Assembly (NCBI GenBank): GCA_964464695.1
Contig: CAYXKW010000006.1
Location: 2,489 to 66,488, forward strand
Reading direction: 5' to 3'
From: an uncultured Candidatus Saccharibacteria bacterium
Lineage (GTDB): Bacteria; Patescibacteriota; Minisyncoccia; Phycocordibacterales; UBA5272
DNA length: 64,000 nt
Numbering within the stretch: the first letter of the stretch is position 1; each line of letters begins with the position of its first letter. Below, in pieces: positions 48,434-57,019 of this stretch. Below the pieces are notes generated by a model. It worked only from the letters and a program-made list of their open reading frames with translations, searched no databases and was not told the DNA's origin. The translations under genes were made by a program, and so were the position numbers.

Positions 48434-48582
48434 TCGCAACTTGCAAAAGTTTGTTCTTTCAGAAAAGAAGCATCACTCCCATGATGCTTCTTTTCTATTT
48501 GGTTAGGATGATATGTTTGCTTTATGTAGATATGTTCATCTAATAAAGTAATCTTGAAATTGATCGATTGCCAGTAATTTAA

Positions 48583-48591
48583 TTATCCAAA
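48583..48591 (+). promoter_or_regulatory. Near-consensus DnaA box TTATCCAAA
   Basis: 8/9 match, in the same orientation as the other two boxes. Confidence 0.3.
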
Positions 48592-48627
48592 AAAATTAGT
48601 CCTACACATTATTTAAGTATAAAATAA

Positions 48628-48636
48628 TTATCCACA
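48628..48636 (+). promoter_or_regulatory. Consensus DnaA box TTATCCACA
   Basis: Exact 9-mer match. Confidence 0.4.
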
Positions 48637-48767
48637 TAAAAACTTTACATACATATAACTTAGGTGTAGTATTCCTATCAGATGTTCATGTTGGTCGAAA
48701 AACAATGTGTGCGTCGTGCATCTGCTCCACCCAATGAGCAGTTCCATCGTCAATCCAGGAGAAATCC

Positions 48768-48929
48768 ATGAAACGTTCCATCGTCGCTCCCGCCGGCCAA
48801 AGCGCCAATTCCGCCGCCTCCGCACACGCTGGCCACAACGCCGTCAACCGCCGTGCCGCCGAAGATCGCTCCAGTCGTGGCAGTACCGTTCACGCTGGCG
48901 TCCACCTCGAAGGCACCATCGGCCGCTGA
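48768..48929 (+). CDS. SD-led 53-aa ORF inside a strongly GC-rich ~300-bp island upstream of secA; coding status uncertain
   Basis: AGGAGAAATCC-ATG gives a strong SD. The product MKRSIVAPAGQSANSAASAHAGHNAVNRRAAEDRSSRGSTVHAGVHLEGTIGR is Ala/Ser/Gly/His/Arg-rich. The region is ~60% GC, and an overlapping 111-aa Arg-rich frame (48707..49042) also stays open. Terminator CCCACC-CCAAA-GGTGGG-T6 at 48983-49005. Confidence 0.2.
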   Translation: MKRSIVAPAGQSANSAASAHAGHNAVNRRAAEDRSSRGSTVHAGVHLEGTIGR

Positions 48930-49063
48930 TACAAGGTCACGTCAACGGCTTCTTCACAGCAAGCTGTACTTTCAGCAAGAAGCCACCCCACCCCAAAGGT
49001 GGGTTTTTTATTGCTGTATCACGACTACATTCTGCATTATAAATATGATATAATCACGTAACT

Positions 49064-51643
49064 ATGTCTTTCATTCACAAGGGTTTAAGTATTATTTTTC
49101 CAGACGAATCCAAAAATACAATTAAAAAGCTTGCGCCTATCGTTGATAAGGTTTTTTCATACGAAGAAGAACTAAAGACCATCTCTGGGGAAGACCTCAA
49201 GGGTAGAAGTCTTGCATTGAAAGAAAAAGTAATGAAAGAGATTTCTGGACTTACCGGAGAGGAATTAAAATTAAAAGAAAAGAAAGTGCTCGAAGATGTT
49301 TTACCTGAAGCGTTTGCGCTTGTGCGCGAAAGTGCCCGTAGAACACTTCACATGATGCATTATCGAGTACAAGTAATTGGTGGTATCTTACTGCACCGTG
49401 GTCATATTGCAGAAATGAGAACAGGTGAAGGAAAGACTCTTGTTGCGACACTACCAGCGTACTTAAATGCACTCACTGGTCGTGGTGTTCATATTGTTAC
49501 GGTGAACGATTACTTGTCTCGACGTGACGCGGTGTGGATGGGGCAGATTTATGATACTTTAGGTATAACAAGTTCAGTTATTAATCATCAGTCATCATTC
49601 ATGTATGACAGTACGCATTTAACAAAAGAAGAAAGTAAAGAAGAAGATGCTGTTCGTGATGAAGTTGGTTCATATAAAGTTGTGTATGAATATTTGAAAC
49701 CATGCAATAGACAAGAAGCGTATCTTGCAGACATTACGTACGGAACCAATAATGAGTTTGGCTTCGATTATCTACGAGATAATATTGGATATGATAAAGC
49801 TGCTATTACTCAACACACACACCACTATGCAATTGTGGACGAAATAGACTCTATATTAATAGACGAAGCACGTACACCGCTTATTATTTCTGCGCCTGCA
49901 TCACAGTCAAGTGATATGTACACGCGTTTTGCGCAAGTTGCCGAGTCACTTGTAGAAGGTGATGATTACACAGTAGATGAAAAGCAACGCGCTATATCAC
50001 TAACTGAGGATGGAATTACAAAAGCAGAAACTGCACTTAATATTTCAAATATCTATTCAGTCGAAGGAATGAAATATGTTCATCACCTAGAGTCAGCCGT
50101 AAAAGCAAAGGCGCTTTTCCTTCGTGAACGAGAATACGTGGTCAAGGATGGTGAGGTTATTATTGTTGATGAATTCACCGGACGCATGCAACCAGGGCGT
50201 AGGTGGTCAGACGGGCTCCATCAGGCGGTAGAAGCAAAAGAAGGTGTGAAGATTGAGCAAGAAAGTCGAACACTTGCTTCTATTACATTCCAGAACTACT
50301 TTAGATTCTACGAGAGACTATCAGGAATGACAGGAACTGCCGATACTTCAAAAGAAGAGTTCTATAAAGTGTACGGCCTTGTTGTTACACCAATCCCAAC
50401 ACATAATCCAATTAATCGTAGAGATCATAGTGATTTTATTTTTCAAACAGAAAAAGGAAAGTGGCAAGCACTTTCAAAAAAAGTAAAAGAACTTCATGCA
50501 AAAGGTCAACCAGTGCTCATTGGTACGATTTCAATTGAGAAAAATGAGGCAATCTCAAAGTATCTTGAACGTGAAGGAGTGCCACACGCAGTGCTTAACG
50601 CGAAGAATCATGAAAAAGAAGGAGAGATTATTGCTGACGCTGGGAAAAAAGGCGCAGTAACAATCGCAACGAACATGGCAGGTCGTGGAGTGGATATTAA
50701 ACTTGGTGGCCCACAGGCGACAGATAGTGAACGCGAGGATGTTCTTGCTCTCGGAGGACTTCTTGTTATCGGTACTGAGCGTCATGAGGCTCGTCGAATT
50801 GATAATCAGTTACGAGGTCGTTCAGGACGACAAGGGGATGCCGGGGAAACACAATTCTATGTGTCACTTGAAGATGATCTTATGCGTGTCTTTGGTTCAC
50901 AGAACATTAAGACAATGATGGGTAAATTTGGAATACCAGAAGATGAGCCAATCGAAAGTAGACTCGTTTCTCGAGCTCTTGAAGGTGCTCAAGAAAAAAT
51001 TGAAGGATTCCATTTTGATACCCGTAAGCACACACTTCAATATGATGATGTGCTCAATCAACAACGTACAAGTATTTACGCAAAACGTCGTAAGATTTTA
51101 TTTGAAGACGATGTTTTTGTTACAGAAGTCTTAGCTGAATTGATCTCGTACAAGCCAGAGTTAGCGGATATTCTTGCAGAAAAAGAGAAAAAATATGAAA
51201 AAGATGCCGTACGACATATTTTCCGGATTATGATGCTTCAGATTATCGATACATTATGGATGGATCATTTGGACGCAATGGAGCACCTTCGTTCAAGTGT
51301 TAACCTTCGAGCGTATGGCCAGAGAGACCCGCTTGTTGAGTACAAGAAAGAAGGTCTACGAGCATTCCGTACACTTGAAGCAACGCTTCGACATGAATTA
51401 ACGATGTTTATTGAAAACATGGATGGATTTTTTGCACAACAACATGCTCGAAATATGGCAGAGAGTAGCTTCGTGTCTGTCATTCCGAGTGTAGAAGGGC
51501 AAACTTCAACAGGGGCTAACCATGCTGAGAGAGTAAAAGTTGGACGTAACGACCCATGTCCATGTGGAAGTGGTAAGAAATGGAAGAAGTGTGGCGAACT
51601 AAATACTGAGGAACATAAAGAGTTGCTCTCAAAAATTGCTTAG
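49064..51643 (+). CDS. secA: Preprotein translocase ATPase SecA
   Basis: DEAD-like motor (GEGKTLVATLPAYLNAL, DEIDSILIDEARTPLIIS), preprotein cross-linking domain, and a C-terminal zinc finger CPCGSGKKWKKC. Confidence 0.95.
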   Translation: MSFIHKGLSIIFPDESKNTIKKLAPIVDKVFSYEEELKTISGEDLKGRSLALKEKVMKEISGLTGEELKLKEKKVLEDVLPEAFALVRESARRTLHMMHYRVQVIGGILLHRGHIAEMRTGEGKTLVATLPAYLNALTGRGVHIVTVNDYLSRRDAVWMGQIYDTLGITSSVINHQSSFMYDSTHLTKEESKEEDAVRDEVGSYKVVYEYLKPCNRQEAYLADITYGTNNEFGFDYLRDNIGYDKAAITQHTHHYAIVDEIDSILIDEARTPLIISAPASQSSDMYTRFAQVAESLVEGDDYTVDEKQRAISLTEDGITKAETALNISNIYSVEGMKYVHHLESAVKAKALFLREREYVVKDGEVIIVDEFTGRMQPGRRWSDGLHQAVEAKEGVKIEQESRTLASITFQNYFRFYERLSGMTGTADTSKEEFYKVYGLVVTPIPTHNPINRRDHSDFIFQTEKGKWQALSKKVKELHAKGQPVLIGTISIEKNEAISKYLEREGVPHAVLNAKNHEKEGEIIADAGKKGAVTIATNMAGRGVDIKLGGPQATDSEREDVLALGGLLVIGTERHEARRIDNQLRGRSGRQGDAGETQFYVSLEDDLMRVFGSQNIKTMMGKFGIPEDEPIESRLVSRALEGAQEKIEGFHFDTRKHTLQYDDVLNQQRTSIYAKRRKILFEDDVFVTEVLAELISYKPELADILAEKEKKYEKDAVRHIFRIMMLQIIDTLWMDHLDAMEHLRSSVNLRAYGQRDPLVEYKKEGLRAFRTLEATLRHELTMFIENMDGFFAQQHARNMAESSFVSVIPSVEGQTSTGANHAERVKVGRNDPCPCGSGKKWKKCGELNTEEHKELLSKIA

Positions 51644-51737
51644 GGAAATATCACAAAGGGTGAAAGCAAAGCTTTCACCCTTTGTGATATAATTTATGAA
51701 TTAATAGCCAGTCACCTTAAGACTACTTCTTGTTGTT

Positions 51738-53018
51738 ATGAAAGAACTTATTAAAAAATTTGTTGTCAAGGCTCTTATGTGGCAAGCAAAGGCTGTACTT
51801 TTAAGGCATAAACCATTTATTATCGGTGTAACTGGCAATCTTGGTAAGACTTCCACAAAGGATGCAATTTATGCAGTCATGAAAGATCACTTCTATGTAC
51901 GTCGAAGTGAGAAGAGTATGAACAGTGAATTTGGAGTACCTCTTACTATTTTAGGGGAAAAGTCAGGTTGGAATAACCCATTTAGATGGGGGATAATTAT
52001 TGCACGTGGTTTTTTTGTGCCTTTTGCAAAAGAGTACCCAACTCATCTTGTTCTTGAAATTGGTGCTGATAGACCAGGGGATATTAAAAGTATTGCTTCA
52101 TGGGTAAAGCCTGACATTACTGTTGTCACACAGTTTGGACAAGTTCCTGTACATATAGAATTTTTTAAGGACAGAGATGCAGTTGTGGAAGAAAAAGGGT
52201 ATCTCGTTGAAGCACTTAGAGAAAGTGGTGTGTTTATTTTTAATAAAGATGATCATGATGCGGAGAAGCTAGTAATAAAGACTCTTGCACGAAAAGTTAG
52301 TATTGGAATTCATGAAGCGTCAGATATTCACGCAACACATGTAAAAATGTACGGCGATCCACTTGCGGGTACTGAAGCGGATGTTATAGTTGATGGTAAG
52401 AATCATCATCTAGTCTTGCCTGAGGTTGTTGGTAAGTCACCTGTATATTGTGCACTACCAGCGCTTGCAGTAGCTCATGAGCTTGCTATTCCTCTTGAGA
52501 TAGCATGCGCATCATTACGAGATGCTGATAAACCAAAAGGAAGAATGCGACTTCTTTCTGGAATGAATGAATCGATGATTATTGACGATTCGTATAATGC
52601 CTCACCAAAAGCTACAGAGCATGGACTTAAGAGTCTAAGTGAAATAGAAACAACGGGGAGAAAAATAGCTGTACTTGGAGACATGCTTGAGCTTGGTGAT
52701 CATACACGAGATGAGCATTATAAAATGGGGAAGGTTGCAGCGAAATGTTCTCATAAACTTTTCACCGTTGGAATACGTGCAAAAGTTATTGCGGAAGGTG
52801 CTCTTGATGAAAAGATGTTAGATGACAATATCATGCAGTGTGACTCATCAATTGATGCTGGAAAAGAATTGGTAAAAATACTTCAAAAAGGTGACGTTGT
52901 TTATATAAAAGGTTCACAAGGTGTTCGAATGGAACGAGCAATTAAAATGATACTGGCAAGCACCCATAATCCAGCATCTGTTCTTGTTCGACAAGAAGAT
53001 GAGTGGTTGCGAAGATAG
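51738..53018 (+). CDS. murF: UDP-N-acetylmuramoyl-tripeptide--D-alanyl-D-alanine ligase
   Basis: IIGVTGNLGKTSTKDA P-loop variant and DDSYNASPKATEHGLKSL (the MurF DDSYNANP motif). Confidence 0.75.
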   Translation: MKELIKKFVVKALMWQAKAVLLRHKPFIIGVTGNLGKTSTKDAIYAVMKDHFYVRRSEKSMNSEFGVPLTILGEKSGWNNPFRWGIIIARGFFVPFAKEYPTHLVLEIGADRPGDIKSIASWVKPDITVVTQFGQVPVHIEFFKDRDAVVEEKGYLVEALRESGVFIFNKDDHDAEKLVIKTLARKVSIGIHEASDIHATHVKMYGDPLAGTEADVIVDGKNHHLVLPEVVGKSPVYCALPALAVAHELAIPLEIACASLRDADKPKGRMRLLSGMNESMIIDDSYNASPKATEHGLKSLSEIETTGRKIAVLGDMLELGDHTRDEHYKMGKVAAKCSHKLFTVGIRAKVIAEGALDEKMLDDNIMQCDSSIDAGKELVKILQKGDVVYIKGSQGVRMERAIKMILASTHNPASVLVRQEDEWLRR

Positions 53019-53073
53019 ATTAAAAGAACTCTGTAAAAAAACTCCAAGCTGTGTTTGGAGTTTTTGCAATGAT

Positions 53074-53709
53074 CTAGTTTCGCCAACTTGAAATAATGAA
53101 TTTCTCAAAGTAGTCAGAATTTTTTACGGCAAGGGGAACAGATTCTGGATCAATTCCAGGTTTATATATTTTAACAACCTGAGAAATAGGGAAAAAGTAA
53201 CTTTCGCGAGAGTAGAGTCTGACTACTTCCATCCTCCTATTTCCAGATATATAAAATGTAAAAGTCGCTTCTTGCCACACTCCGCTTACCAAACGCACCC
53301 TCACAAAGAGTGGCCACGACTCTTTTATTTCATCTGTGTTTGTATCTCTGATATTCATATATCCAAAACTTGTTCCTCCTACCCCTACTCTATTTGGTGA
53401 GACAGAAAGAAATTCCTCTTGATAGATATTTTGACCCTCCGCTTTTATTATTCGTAGCCACCAATACGGCGTTGCATAAATGTCCTCAGTGGTGTGGACA
53501 ATAGGATCAGAGCTAGCAACACTTTTTGTAGTAATGATGCCTGGATATTTTGGGTCATACAGCAAGTCAATATTTTCTTGGAATACTTTGCCAGTCAGTT
53601 CATCTCGAATTTGGTATTCGGAAACAACAGTTTGTGCGTGTGCAATTAGAACAACAGAAGTAAAGCACAGGAAGACAAAAACTCGCGCAACCAATTGAAT
53701 GATGTTCAC
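53074..53709 (-). CDS. Hypothetical secreted protein (signal peptide)
   Basis: MNIIQLVARVFVFLCFTSVVLIAHAQT signal. No motif. Confidence 0.4.
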   Translation of the reverse strand: MNIIQLVARVFVFLCFTSVVLIAHAQTVVSEYQIRDELTGKVFQENIDLLYDPKYPGIITTKSVASSDPIVHTTEDIYATPYWWLRIIKAEGQNIYQEEFLSVSPNRVGVGGTSFGYMNIRDTNTDEIKESWPLFVRVRLVSGVWQEATFTFYISGNRRMEVVRLYSRESYFFPISQVVKIYKPGIDPESVPLAVKNSDYFEKFIISSWRN

Positions 53710-53791
53710 GATAGCTCCTTTTTAGAATTGAAGTATCAAAGTATAGTAGCCAGAACAACCTATCCAAGACTACGTTATTCTATAGACAAAA

Positions 53792-54415
53792 TCAACTAAT
53801 TCTTCTCTTTCGAATATACACATAGATAAGAAAACATATTCCTGTTATAGAAAAGACGATAATTTGAGTCGTTATACTAAAAATCCCTATATATGAAAAA
53901 ACAAAAGAAAAAGGAGTAATACCTATTAGGGTGGTTATCGCATTTTGCTTCCAGCTGATACGTTTACTAAATAATCCGATAGCATAAGAAAGTATATCAA
54001 CAGGCATAGTCATCCGTAAGAAAATAAGTGAAGGAAAAATGTGCTCCTTTGGAATAAGAGTGTCAATGAGTTCATATTTATGCAGCGATGGGTATTTTGT
54101 AAGTAGCCATTCTTTGTACTTTCTTGCTATAAAAAAAGATACAACTGAACCAAAAAACCACCCAGTGATACAAAAAATAGCGGTAAGAAATGGCCCCCAA
54201 GTTACGATACCAAACGGAAGTAAAAAAATGTTACTCCAGACAGGGATTACCACCGCAAGCATAGCAAGGGCTGTGAAGAGCATCTTACCTTCCATTCCTA
54301 AGCTTTCGATAAGTAAGGAAATTTCGCTGCTATAGGTATTTGTGAGAACACTTGCCCCGATAAATAAAACAAGAACAACAAGTACGCCAAATATTTTCGA
54401 GGAAAAAATTTTCAT
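53792..54415 (-). CDS. Polytopic membrane protein (possibly DedA/TVP38-like)
   Basis: 5-6 TM with a LPFGIVTWGPF segment. Weak. Confidence 0.3.
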   Translation of the reverse strand: MKIFSSKIFGVLVVLVLFIGASVLTNTYSSEISLLIESLGMEGKMLFTALAMLAVVIPVWSNIFLLPFGIVTWGPFLTAIFCITGWFFGSVVSFFIARKYKEWLLTKYPSLHKYELIDTLIPKEHIFPSLIFLRMTMPVDILSYAIGLFSKRISWKQNAITTLIGITPFSFVFSYIGIFSITTQIIVFSITGICFLIYVYIRKRRIS

Positions 54416-54475
54416 TGCTATATAGTGTACTCTAAATAATGATAATATGCTTAGAGATGCCCTCCGCTTTTTTGT

Positions 54476-54943
54476 TTAGAGGTATGAAAGTAATGAATCG
54501 ATGTACTTAAATTCTTTTTCTCTGACAGGTGTAATCGATAAACGACTTCCTTTTTGTAATAACTTCATAGCTGATAACTCAGTGTGTAGTCTCATGTCAT
54601 TGATTGAAAGTGATTCTGAATATTTTTTAACAAAGGCTACATCCACCGAAACCCAAGAAGGGTTTTCTCTTGTAGCTTTTGCAAAATAGTAAAGACTTTT
54701 CTTATTGAACTGTGTTTCGTCAGGATAGGGATTGCTTGCAATTTTTGCTACACCAACAATTGCAGATGGTTTCCCATTCGAGTGATAAAAGAAAACAAGA
54801 TCGCCTATCTTCATCTCATTTTTCATAAAATTCCGCGCTTGGTAATTTCTGACACCGAACCATGGTGCTTGTTTGTCTCGCTGTAAGTCATCAATTGAGT
54901 ACTCTTCCTCCTCGGATTTCATTAACCAGTAGTTCATATACAA
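54476..54943 (-). CDS. EVE (PUA-like) domain protein
   Basis: NYWLMKSEEEEYSIDDL...WFGVRNYQARNFMKNEMKIGDLVFFYHSNGKPSAIVGVAKIASNPYPD matches the EVE/Thy1-like signature. Confidence 0.7.
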   Translation of the reverse strand: MYMNYWLMKSEEEEYSIDDLQRDKQAPWFGVRNYQARNFMKNEMKIGDLVFFYHSNGKPSAIVGVAKIASNPYPDETQFNKKSLYYFAKATRENPSWVSVDVAFVKKYSESLSINDMRLHTELSAMKLLQKGSRLSITPVREKEFKYIDSLLSYL

Positions 54944-55196
54944 CTAGCAGAAACTATCTTCTCTTTTTTCCAGATTTTGATGTGGTACTCTTTCGGCACT
55001 TGCTACTACAAAAGCGAACACTCTCCCAGTCTTCTCGTTCTTGAAAACTCTTCTGTAAATTAAGGTCTATTTTGCACACAACACATTTTTTATCGGCTTT
55101 TTGGGTAGTCATATTGTGAATAGTTTATTATTCCTACTATAGCATTTCAATCTTAATCATGCACACCTCATTGTAAAGTACTTTACCTGTTGTTGT

Positions 55197-56465
55197 ATGT
55201 GTAGTATCGTTAGATTACAGTCTATGCGCATCATGCACCACATATTTAAAAATAGATTTCTAACATTACTGCTCGGGATAGTTATCGGGTTTGTTGTCTT
55301 TGTGTTGTATAACACGTACGACCGAGCAACTTCACAACATGTAACCATAGACCCTGTACTTGTTGCTCAAGTAGAGAATAATACATATCAAGAGATTGTG
55401 GTTGCAGGAGGATGTTTTTGGTGTACAGAAAGCGAATATAATCATGAACCAGGAGTTATTTCAGCAATATCAGGATATGCAGATACTGAGATGATGTACG
55501 CTACAGGTAGTGGTCCAAGTTATAGTGATGTTGGAAGTGGCAAGGTGAAAGCGCGTGAAGCGGTACAAGTAATTTATGATCCTACAAAAATCTCCACCGC
55601 AAAGATTCTCGAATTATATTTTAGGCACATCGACCCAACGGATAATGGAGGACAATTTGCAGACAGAGGGTACCAGTATAGTCCTGCAATTTATTACAAA
55701 ACAGATGAGCAACAAAAACTTTCTTTGGCACTTATCGCAAAAATAGATGTAACCAAAAAGTTCCCTAAGAAAGTTGTTGTTGAAGTGCTACTATATAATA
55801 ACTTCTACCCAGCTGAAGAATACCATCAGGATTATAAAGATAAGAACACTGTGCGGTATAATCTTTACAAAGAAGGAAGCGGAAGAACTGGGTATGTAAA
55901 GGAAACATGGTCAGACACAAGTCCATATGTTAAAGAAATTTTTGAAGACACTAAAAATTCTACAATTATAAATAATTCACCGTCAACAAAAAATATGACT
56001 GTAAATAATAATGTTTCTTGGAAGAACTTTACACCAAGTATGAAAGAAGAAAAATTAAAGACTTTGACACCTTTACAGTTTAATGTCACTCAAAAAGAAG
56101 GGACTGAACCATCTTTTAGTAATGCGTATGATACCAATAAAGAAAAGGGTATTTATGTAGATATTGTGAGTGGAGAGCCACTCTATCTTTCAACAGATAA
56201 ATATGACTCAGGGACTGGGTGGCCAAGTTTCGTAAAGCCAATTAATGCATCAGTCATTACGTTGCATGAAGACAAAGGTTTTTTCACAACTCGTACTGAG
56301 GTACGTAGTACAATTGCTGACTCCCACTTAGGGCACGTCTTCCCAGATGGACCTGCAGATAGAGGTGGTATGAGATATTGTATGAATAGTGCTGCAATGA
56401 GGTTTGTTCCACTCGCTGAAATGGAACAAGAAGGGTACGGAGAATATGTAGTTAGCATCAAGTAG
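55197..56465 (+). CDS. msrAB: Membrane-anchored fused peptide-methionine sulfoxide reductase MsrA-MsrB
   Basis: N-terminal TM; MsrA GCFWCTE motif; Asn-rich linker; MsrB C-terminal motifs (..GTGWPSF.. and [11 protein letters not shown]). Confidence 0.85.
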   Translation: MCSIVRLQSMRIMHHIFKNRFLTLLLGIVIGFVVFVLYNTYDRATSQHVTIDPVLVAQVENNTYQEIVVAGGCFWCTESEYNHEPGVISAISGYADTEMMYATGSGPSYSDVGSGKVKAREAVQVIYDPTKISTAKILELYFRHIDPTDNGGQFADRGYQYSPAIYYKTDEQQKLSLALIAKIDVTKKFPKKVVVEVLLYNNFYPAEEYHQDYKDKNTVRYNLYKEGSGRTGYVKETWSDTSPYVKEIFEDTKNSTIINNSPSTKNMTVNNNVSWKNFTPSMKEEKLKTLTPLQFNVTQKEGTEPSFSNAYDTNKEKGIYVDIVSGEPLYLSTDKYDSGTGWPSFVKPINASVITLHEDKGFFTTRTEVRSTIADSHLGHVFPDGPADRGGMRYCMNSAAMRFVPLAEMEQEGYGEYVVSIK

Positions 56466-56470
56466 TCTCC

Positions 56471-57019
56471 ATGTTTTTAGAACATATCCAGGAACTGATA
56501 GCAATGTATCCAAGTGCTTCCGCGCTCATACTTATTCTTGCTAAAATTATCGGTGCAATCATATTATTCCCAGGGACACCACTTACGTTACTTGCGGGTG
56601 CAACATTCGGAATAGTGACAGGCAGTATTGTTTCTCTTATTGGGAATATCCTTGGGGCAACACTTGCGTTTTTTGTATCGAGGTATTTTTTACAATCGTA
56701 TGTAAAAAAGAACATTCTTTCAAAATATCCAAAAATTGCAGATTATGAAAAAAGATTTTCATCACACGGTTTTCAAACTGTCGTATTACTTCGACTTATT
56801 CCACTATTCCCATTCAACGCACTGAATTACTTACTTGGAGTTACACAAGTTAGCACACGAGACTATATACTAGGAACAGCAGTTGGAATTATTCCAGGAA
56901 CAGTTGCTTTTGTATATTTTGGGCAATCACTTGCTATGTTAAGTATCTTCCACATCGGAGTATCAGTTGTTGCTATTATTGGCCTTATCTTCATTGGGAA
57001 ATATTATGAAAAAAAATAA
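56471..57019 (+). CDS. TVP38/TMEM64 (DedA-superfamily VTT-domain) membrane protein
   Basis: TPLTLLAGATFGIVTGSIVSLIGNILGATLAFFVSRY....LLRLIPLFPFNALNYLLGVT matches the VTT domain. Confidence 0.7.
   Translation: MFLEHIQELIAMYPSASALILILAKIIGAIILFPGTPLTLLAGATFGIVTGSIVSLIGNILGATLAFFVSRYFLQSYVKKNILSKYPKIADYEKRFSSHGFQTVVLLRLIPLFPFNALNYLLGVTQVSTRDYILGTAVGIIPGTVAFVYFGQSLAMLSIFHIGVSVVAIIGLIFIGKYYEKK

Noticed and set aside
48700-49010. tmRNA (ssrA) or SRP RNA in the GC-rich island upstream of secA
   Set aside because: No tRNA-like 3' end (GGUUCGAAUCC...CCACCA), no tag-peptide frame ending in ALAA-type residues, and no SRP helix-8 GGAA/AGCAGC motif could be found on either strand.
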